Below, piece after piece: positions 37,601 through 47,900 of a stretch of 64,000 bases of DNA (positions within the stretch are counted from its first letter, which is position 1; every line of letters begins with the position of its first letter). The DNA lies in assembly GCF_006345805.1 (NCBI RefSeq), contig NC_043001.1, positions 45,756,001 to 45,820,000 of the forward strand, written 5' to 3'. Source of the DNA: Octopus sinensis. Lineage: Eukaryota. The position numbers and the translations under genes were made by a program. Below the pieces are notes generated by a model that was given only the letters and a program-made list of their open reading frames with translations, was not told the origin of the DNA and did not search any database.

Positions 37601-40600
37601 AAACTAGACATGTGATTATCTGGAGAGAGAGAGAGACTGCTTGTTATAAGGAATAATGGTTGTAAGCCTAAGATACTAGACCACTGATCCGATGGGCAGT
37701 AGTTCAAATTTTACCATAGTGCCTGTGTTGTCCCTGCTTCAGTCAATTAGTAACAGCTGGAAAAAGCAAACATTCCCACCGGAAATAACTTCTACTTTAC
37801 AGCTGATAGTTAGAAGAACATTAAGGGTCCAAGCTTTACCATAGTCACTGTGAAACACCTTAACCAACTTGGCTCAGACTGAAAAACAGACAAGTTGGTC
37901 TACTTCTGCTTCACAAATTGGGTGGTTAATGGTAAAGAGAGTATCAAGAGTTCAAACTAGAAGATAAACATTTTTGCTATAGTAATTTTGATATGCTGTT
38001 AGTCAAAGCAGAAATCTCCACTTCAGCCAGTGTGGCTGACAATAAGTACCACTTCTATTTCTACTTTATAGATTTGTTAGTTGTAGTAGGATGGGTAGGT
38101 ACTCTGTTGTAGAAAGATGAAGTGTTAGAAAAAAAGAAAAAAAAAAACCCACCACAAATTATACAGTAATTTAAGTTATTACAGCATCACAGTTTAGAAG
38201 AGCATGAAGAAAGGAAAAATAAAGGAAGAAAACTGAAAATATTTGGGTGCAGAAATGGCTGTGTGGTAAGAAGTTTGCTTCCTAACTACATGGTTTTTGG
38301 TTCAGTTTCACTGCATGATACCTTGTGCAAGTGTCTTCTACTATAGCCTTGGGCTGACCAAAACTCTTTGAGTGAAACCAGCCTATGTATGAATGTGTTA
38401 CTATCTTCTTGCCTTGCCTTCATGCAATAGCTGTAAACAAGTGTCCACATTATACAAGTAATGTCTTTCATTTCCCATTTCCTTACTTTGATACAGGTGA
38501 GGGTGGGGACAGGAAGGGCATCCAGCTGTAGAAAAATCTGCCTCAACAAATTCTGTCCAACCCATGCAAACATAGAAAAGTGGATGTGAAAACAATAAGG
38601 ATGAATTTTTATACTGAACTCTGAGAATTGCAGTGATGGAGGAAGGAAAGGACATTAGTAAAGGCTAAATAAAGAATTGAACTTGCAACATGTAGGTCAA
38701 CTCGAGCTTGAATCTCTTGCAAATGCTGTTTTGCACACTTAGTGATCTGTGATTTTTCATTTACTTTGTGGTATTAATAATACCCTTTACATTTAGAGTT
38801 AAATACATGTTCAAGATGACTGACTTTCATCCTTCCAAGGAGTGGATAAAATCAGTATTGAGGTCAATTAAATTAACTGTGTTCAGCCCTAAAATTCATA
38901 GATTTGTACTGTTTGTACTATGTATTACTAGAAAAATCAGCAACATTATTATGACAATAAGGAAACAGATTACATTACAGCACAAGACATAATACTTTTT
39001 TCTAGTATTTAGTGATGTCTCTTGATGTTCAGCTCAGACGGTTTTTTACTGAAACACTTTTGGTCAGAGCTTTGCTCAATCAGATTGAACTGAAGATAAA
39101 CAACCACAACTAGGTATAATAAGCGATTGAGTTTTGATCTTTGGATATGTTTTGTATGAGATGGGAGGTAATGAGAGGAAGAAAGGCAAGTATACTAAGT
39201 GGCACACATACCCAATTTCTCTAATTACGAGAAGAACCAGACCTTCCATGTATTAAGTCTAACAAGCCAGTAACCTATCTAGAGAAGGTAGGAGAGAAGA
39301 TTTATATTTTAACACCCACTTAACATCCTGAAACTGGAAATAAGTACCTGCCTTATGATGAGTCTTTCAGTGTTTATGGGGACATTCACATTTACACTTT
39401 CACTAAGGAATTATCAGGCAACACACAAAAAGTATTTACCATTACACACAGACACATTTGTTTCAGAAATGAGAAAAAATGTATTTAATACATACAGTAT
39501 GATTATTTATCTATACTTTGCTTCATCACCCTTCAGAATGTGAGAAATATAGTGGCTATAAGAGAAGTGCCAACTCATCAATAGCTATTTCATATATATA
39601 ACATTAAAAAATTGATTTTTCTAATGTGCAGCAAGGTTACGGAAATATAGTGAAGGCACATTTGCTTGACCCAACAAAATGTTGGGTCAAGCATGTTTAG
39701 TGCTTGACCAATTCATTTTAATGTCTGTTTTCCCATGTGACCTTGGGTTGGATGAGGACTTATTTGAAGCAGCATGTTAGAGTACATTGCTCTTCCTATT
39801 GGCAACCTTTATCTGTTTTCAGAGAACTTTTTATTCACTCGTCTACAAACATGCAGAATGACTGTTAACAAGAAAATGTAACTCACTAGTTTATGCACAC
39901 ACAGATGCATATACATAGGATGGGTTTCCATACAACTTCTGTCTACCAAATCTACTTAGAAGGATTTACTTAACCCAGAGCTACTGCACAAGACATCCAA
40001 GTTGCCATGCAATGGGACTTAACTGAAAACCATGCTGCTGCAAAGCAAACTTTGTAACCACACAGCCACATGACATTTATGCATGAGTGTGTTTGGGCAG
40101 ACTTGGATTGAAAGGTGATAAACAATGAGCAATCAGTCATGGAGGTGAAAAGCAAGTGTCTCCATGTGGCTTTACCTCACATTGAATAGATGTTATTAGT
40201 GAGGAAATGAGTTAGAAAAGAACATTATATTATTTGGCCAAATCCAAAGAAAGCTCAGTATTACAGTCTAATTGATATTCACTGTTATTAAGTCTGGCAA
40301 TCTTGGAAACAGAGTGAAAGCTTTGGTTTAGTTATTTTTTCTTTGTACTTTGGTTTACTTCACATTTAAAACTGAATCATCTCTCTGACTTTGTTAGTTG
40401 TCTGAAAACAAGTCATTTTGGCAGCCAAACACAACAGGGAAACCATTAATTGTTTTGCCATACTATCAGCACTTCTGTTACTACTTAGAGGTTCTGGGCT
40501 ATAAAGGACAATGCTTAATTTAATTGCACAAAAAAGAAAAAAAATGTTACTACTTTACACAAAATTTAACTTCTATGAGCTGGAGGCCAGTGAAAGAGTT

Positions 40601-41871
40601 TATATCGTCACTAGATTTGAAACAGCCAAATATCTCTCTACAAACTATTTAGTATTTTTGAAAAACAAAAACCACATAAATGAAGAATTTTCAGGATTGT
40701 TCACTTACTTCAGCATTGCTGTAACAACATTTGAGCTTTAATGAAATGAAGATTTGTGAACTCACTCTCAGTTCATATAGACATATACTTCTAATATAAT
40801 AAATGTGAAAATTTGTGTGTCAGTGTGTCACATTTTGACCCCACTCTCTCACTAGTCATTGACACTTCTACTATTTCTCATGTTGGGGTGAGAGTAATAG
40901 TAGGCATAGGAGATAGTGAGGGCGGTGGCAGAGAGAAAGAATAAGAGGAGAGAAAGAGAGACAAAGAAATTTAGGGAGAGTTGATGTTATTTTTATTAAA
41001 AGTAATAGGGTTGATGGTGGCAGTGAGAGTAATAATAAGAGAGAGAAAAAGAGTAGGTATGTGAGAGAAAGTGGGACTGGCCACTGAACTAACAGACTGA
41101 AGTAACATACTGAAGGAACACACACATTTAGCCTTTTTGTGATGGTAATAGTATGAGCTATAGTTGTGATAGAGGTGGAGGTGACAGTGGTACCTGAGGG
41201 AGTGAAGGATGAAGTGAGAGTAAGCGATGTGAAAGACAGTGGTGATGGTGATGAAGGGGAAGGTGGCGAAGTCAAAGGTATTGATGGTGGTGGTGTCAGA
41301 AGTCTGCATGGTGTGTGTATGGCAGATGTGGTGGCAATGGTGGTGGTACTGTTGTTTATCATGCAGCTTTGCAATAAGTTCCAAGTCAACAAATTATATC
41401 ATTGTTTTGATGAAAATTGTTCATTACTTGAAAAATATTCGTCAAGTTTAATAAAACCTAATATGTATTCAATGCATGAAATATCATTGTTGGGCCCAAG
41501 GCCTAATGAAGAACCTGCCACAGGAGCTAGCTTAAGAGCCGCCCAATAGGGTGGCTTTTAAGCTAGTATATATATATATATATATAATCATCATCATCAT
41601 CGTTTAACGTCCGTTTTCCGTGCTAGCACGGGTTGGACGGTTTCGACCGGGGTCTGGGGAGCTCGGGACTGCCCCAGGCTCCAGTCTAGTCTGGCAGTGT
41701 TTCTACAGCTGGATGCCCTTCCTAACGCCAACCACTCCGCGAGTGTAGTGGGTGTTTTTTACGTGCCACCTGCACAGGTGCCAGAGGGGTCTGGCATCGG
41801 CCACGTTCGGATGGTGCTTTTTATGGGGGGGGGTGCAGAAATATAGGGGAGCACCAGTGGGAGGGGTGGTT

Positions 41872-41926
<55 letters not shown>

Positions 41927-44900
41927 CACTTTTTATTCTTTTCTTTTACTTGCTTCAGTCATTTGACTGCAGCAATGCTGGAGCACACCCTTTAATCGAG
42001 CAAATCACCTGCAGGACTTATTCTTTATAAGCCTGGTACTTATTCTATTGGTTGCTTTTGTCGAACTGCTACGTTGCAGGGATGTAAACACGCCGGCATT
42101 GGTTGTCAAGCAATGTTGCAGGGACAAACACATACAGACATATATATATATATATACGATGGGCTTCTTTCAGTTTCCGTCTACCAAATCCACTCACAAG
42201 GTACCATGCAGTGAGACTGAACACGGAACCATGTGGTTGGTTAGCAAGCTACTTACCACACAGCCATTCCTGAGCTTTATATCTATATCTTTTTTTTCAT
42301 GCAATAGATTATACAAGAGATTATAATTGAGGTTAAAATTTATCATTAGCATGAATTCTTTTATTGCGGAAATTTGATGTATCCACTCAAAATGTCAATG
42401 CCCTTGACTGCAGAAAGAATTTTTACATACCAATTTTTGTTGAGGAATGTCATGTTTGAAACTATTCCAAGTTTATTGGGGAAACATGACTTGCAGAAAA
42501 CACCAAGTCTGTTTTTGGCGGTTAAAGGGTTAATGGTAATTTGACCCAAAAATTAAAACTTATAATGTGAGACTTCATGTGGTTATTCAACCTGCTAAAT
42601 ATAGCAGCCAAATCTCCTTCAGATCACATCCTACTGTCTTAAATAAAGGCGGCTGTATTGGATGAGGCAGCCCTGGATATAAACATAGCTAGAACGTTTT
42701 TGAGCATAGATCCGCACAATTAGTGATGACCTGTTGCTAAGCAACAACATGCTTTAAGTCCTAAATTCTTAGAACAAAACAAAAGATAGAGTAGCTGCAT
42801 CTAAAAATGCATATCCAGTACTTTTCTGCAATTGGTTACTGCTGTACAAAAGATAAGTTCAAATAAAGCTGATCAAATTTACCTAATGACAACTGATTAC
42901 TAACAAAAAATTCAGACATAAAAGATCTGTAAAATAACACCCACAATACCAATCCACTCTACTACCATCACATCTCATTATCAATCTATCATGTCCTAAT
43001 CAACTACTCTCTGGTTACTGAACTCTAGTGTGTACTAACACACAATCACACTATTAAATTGGTAATTATTTCTGTATACTAAAGGATGGTAGTGGAGTGT
43101 TCTATATACTATACAGTATTCCCATGCATATCATATACAAAATTAATAATCTTTTCCTTGTTATTTGCAACATTAACGAACATATTCCCATTCAAACATG
43201 AAAAATCCCACACCCTCCACATGCAAAAAAAAAAAAAACAAACAAAGACTAAAGAAAAACTGCAATAACCCAGCACTGTGCAGGAGAACAGCAACTGTTG
43301 CACAGATTGAGTTCATCTTGCACAAGTAGACTCTATAGACATACAAAAATAGACAAGACAGTGAGATGGGTACATGCCCAGGATGTCATACAGCAATCCA
43401 TACAATCAACCACTGTATGTGAGAATGTGAGGTATGTTCCTCAACTTTGAATAAACAAACCTATAATCATAAGCATTTTAAATTTAGCCTCCTGTCCCCT
43501 CAGCATTGCATAATTATTATTACTAAATTATTCAGTATGTCCCCTTCTCTTCCAAGATGGTAGGGTGAAATTTAAGAGATTTGGCTGCCATTACTAGCAG
43601 GTTGAGCCTGTAAAAACTCCCTCATTGGTTCTTCATCATCCTCATTTTATGCATTTTTTAAATATTGGAATGAGTTGGACAGATGCCAAGTATCTCACCA
43701 CTTATCATAATCCTTCATTATCTGCTACACATACCAAGAGAAAAAAACTAGTCAACTTTGTTTTGCATTTTGTGTGATAATTTTTTTAAAGCCTTTTGAT
43801 ACCAGCTTGTCTCTTGCTACCTGTGGTTCATATAAATTTATGCCACCAAAACACGAAAGTTATTTTATTAACGTTTTCATTATTTTCAAAATCAACTGCT
43901 GGTGCTATGTAAAAAGCAGTGGTGATGGTGCCACATAAAAAGCACCAACACACTCTGAGGAGTGGTTGGCATTAAAAAGGTCATCCAACCTTAGAAACCA
44001 AGCCAAAACAGACTTCAGAACTTGGTGTGGCCCCTGGCCTGGCCAGTTCCTGTCTAACCATCCAACCCATGCCAGTATGCAAAACAGGTGTTAAATGTTG
44101 ATGATGATGATGAATTGCAATGATAGCGATATATTTCAACAGAAACATAGTAATAAAATGGTTAATTAGCTAGATACCGTTCATATTACCAACTACTTTA
44201 CAGCATGGACTGGGTGCATTATGTTACCAGCACTGAAAAAGTTGTCTTCAGTAGAAATAAAGAGCTGAGTCCTATCAACTCTATCAGTTTTAATTAGAGT
44301 TACTGATCTACTACACAGTTGTCAGCTTTATGGAGTTTATGTCTCTTCCATATAGTCATTTTTTGCTTTGTTAGAAATCCATATTTCTACTAGATTTCTA
44401 CTAGAATTGAATGTCATAATAAACTTTAAAAAGTATGAGACTAGCATTGTTGCTCAAAAATATTGGAATCACTATATGCTGTGAATATGTGTGAATTATC
44501 ATGCCATGATAATTATTAAACCGAGTACTTAAAATAAAAATTTTAAGATGTTCAAATTATGATCTTTAACTACAAATAAGTAAATTCATTATAATACTCT
44601 TCATACCAAAATATATAAAAAAAACATATTTCACGCTGCATGCAAATTACCATAATAAAAAAAAAAAGGATTTATGATGAAGTCGAATTTATTTAACAGC
44701 AAAAGTATGAAACCGATATAGTTATAAGAAAAGATAATTTGCATTATGATACACGTATTAATGGAATAGTTATGCGAATTAAGCAAATTACTGCTAAATT
44801 ACTTTTGATTGATTACTTGTAAATTTATAAAAAATATCATTCAAAGATTGAATTATTGCATAAAGATGACACTAACATTTGTACACATTTGTTTTGTTAA

Positions 44901-47900
44901 AATTGTGTATATGAGAACTTAATTTTTAATATAACTTAATTTTGATGAATTAAACAAATTTTTTGTGATAAAAGGATGCCACAGAATGTACAACATATAG
45001 TGATTCCAATATTTTTGAGTAACAATGCTAGTCCCATACTTTTTAAGGTTTATTATGACATTCTGTAACCCTTTTGAGAGTGTGCATTTTTCAATTCTAG
45101 TTTTGTGCTTTTTATGGCACCATTTGTAATATTTTATATATGTATTGTATTTCTCCAAAAAGGTGTGGCAGCCTTAGCAAAATCTAAAACAACATACTAT
45201 ACAAGGAAGAGAAGGTGAAAATGAGTAAAATAAAATTCTCAAAGACAGCTGCACGGCCAAACTATTGCTCATTGGTTGATGATGATTGAAAATTAACCAA
45301 TAATATGCAATCAGGCAAATGGCTACAGCCCCCTTACACTTTCATTTGCAACCAAGGCATATACTGTCAGACACACATTCTGTTGTCAGTCACTGCATGC
45401 CTGACAGATACAGTAGGTTGACAGGAATAGCTAAGTGACAGTCCAAATACCTTATGATATTTAGGCCTGTGTTATTGTAGTGTACACTTTACCTTTCAAG
45501 CCTCTGTATACATCATAAGTTCCAACAATTTATTAGTGATGATCTGATTGACAATAAAAGCAATATTTCAACTAGAAATGTGGCAATTTTTATACAGAAA
45601 AAATGCAATCTTCCAAAAAGATAAGTTCTGTATATAGTTTTAATTTCCAGTCAAAAGATATCACTTCTCATTGCTTTTGGAAAAGCATATCTCATTTCTC
45701 ACCTAATAGAGAATCTTGTGCTCAGTTGTTTAACCAAAAGTCAGCTGTGATTTAACAGACTTATGAATAGGGGTACTCTAATCATCACCATCCCAACTTT
45801 TTTCAAAGGTACAATGTATCTAAGATGACATAAGTACTTTTTCTAAGATGATCTGAGGGAGATTTTATTATTTTCAGCAGATAAAGGACCATTTAGCAGC
45901 TCATCAATAACTTGCCTTATACTCCTTGAATCTAGATGGCAAAGATGGTGATGGCTACATTACACACTTTGCAGTATTTCTTTTTACATCACTACATTTC
46001 TATTTCAAATTCTGTGAGAGGCAATGTTATTACAATGTTGACATAATATGCAGCCATAAAACATTAAAATCATATGCCATCTCCTTACAAAATGGCTTTT
46101 TGCCAACTCGAAAGAAATCAACTTTTACTAGGAATGAAATGGCTTTCAACTGGATTAAAATTCAGGTGGTATTGTTTGTCTTATCATTTACTTGTTTCAG
46201 TTATTAGACTGCATCCATGCTGGAGCACCATCTTGAAAAATTTTTTAGTCAAATGATTCAAACTCAGTAATGTTTTTTTTTTTAAACCTGACATTTATTT
46301 TATTGGTATTTTCTGCCAAACTACTAAGTTATGGGGAAGTAAACATGACAACACTAGTCGTGAAGCAGTGGTAGGGGACATCTTTAGGCACAAACACACA
46401 CAACTGGTTTCTTTCAGTTTCTGCCTACTAAATCCACTCACAAGGCTTTGGTCAGCCCAAGGCTATAGCAGAAGAGACTTGCCCAAGCTGCCACATTGTG
46501 GGACTGAACCTAGAACCATGTGGTTGGGAAAAACTTCTTGCCATACAGCCACACCTGTGCTTGGCGATATTTTCTTAGAAACAAGTACCACATCATAATA
46601 TAGTAATTTTTGGTCTTATTAATTGCAAGGTCTTTGATTTTGTCAGTGGAAAGAGACAGCCAATTGAAATGGCCTCAGTACATAACTGGTTACTGCTTGG
46701 ATAAAAGACAATGCTGATCTCAGGAGGATTTAAATACAGTATCAAAAAAAATTAAACTAAAAGAGGGAGGGATACCTACAATGCATTTAAAGTGGTGCTT
46801 TAGTCTCAGTTGCACCACTCATTGTATTATTGCAGTTATAATAATCACAGTATCTATTCATGGTATGAGATGGATGACAAACATGTTCAGTCAAAGTGTA
46901 CAACTTCATTTTAAGGTTGCAAAAACTTGGCAACAACTGCGAAAAATATGAAGATGTATTTCTATTTAAGGTGTGATGATGGTGATTGTTGTGTTATCAG
47001 TGAGATCATACCAGGAGATATAATGATAATACAGATGATGGCAATGGTTATGCAGTGTTAGAAATCACAATAAAGTAGTTAAAATATATAGCGACAGAGG
47101 CAATATTTAGACCGAGAGGTAATATTTATCCCCACTTAAACATCCCCACATCAAACTATACTGTGGTAGATAATCTATAAACTAGAGTGCATACAAACAA
47201 GTGATATAAACAAGACTGCATTTCACACCAAAAGCCAATATGAGAGTTTCTCTCATGGTATCTACCACAGTATAGTTTGTTCTAACAGAACATCCATGTT
47301 TAAGTGGGGATAAATATTACCTTTCAATAAAGTATAGTGTGCTATATCCTTGAAAGTAGTGTTTCTTGACAGAAGTAATCATTTAACAATAGATGAAATC
47401 AATATTTTCTTCAAAATTATATTATTAAATGAAAATATTTTTTAGTATACAGATGCACAAGCATGGCTGTGTGGTTAAGAAATTCACTTCCCAATCATAT
47501 AGTTTTTGGCTTTGTACTGTGGCATCTAAGGCAAACATCTAATTTAGCCCCAGACAAACCAAATCCTTATAATTTGATAGATGGAAACTGAAAGAACCTC
47601 ATCATGTGTGTGTATGTGTTTTCTTGTTTTGACATTGTATGTTAGTTGTAAATGAGTGTCACTTTCATACAAGTGGTGTCCATTTCTAAACTTCCATGAA
47701 AACATGTCCAACCAAGGAGAAATATCTTGAAAACAGGTGAGTGTTGGTGATAGAAAAGATATATGGTTGTAGAAAATCTGCCCCAACAAATTCCATCTGA
47801 CCCATGAGAGCATGGAAAAGTGGACATTAAAACGATGATGAAGATGATGACAATGACAACACATGCACTATCCCAAGTGCATGTCCATTTTTCTACAGTA

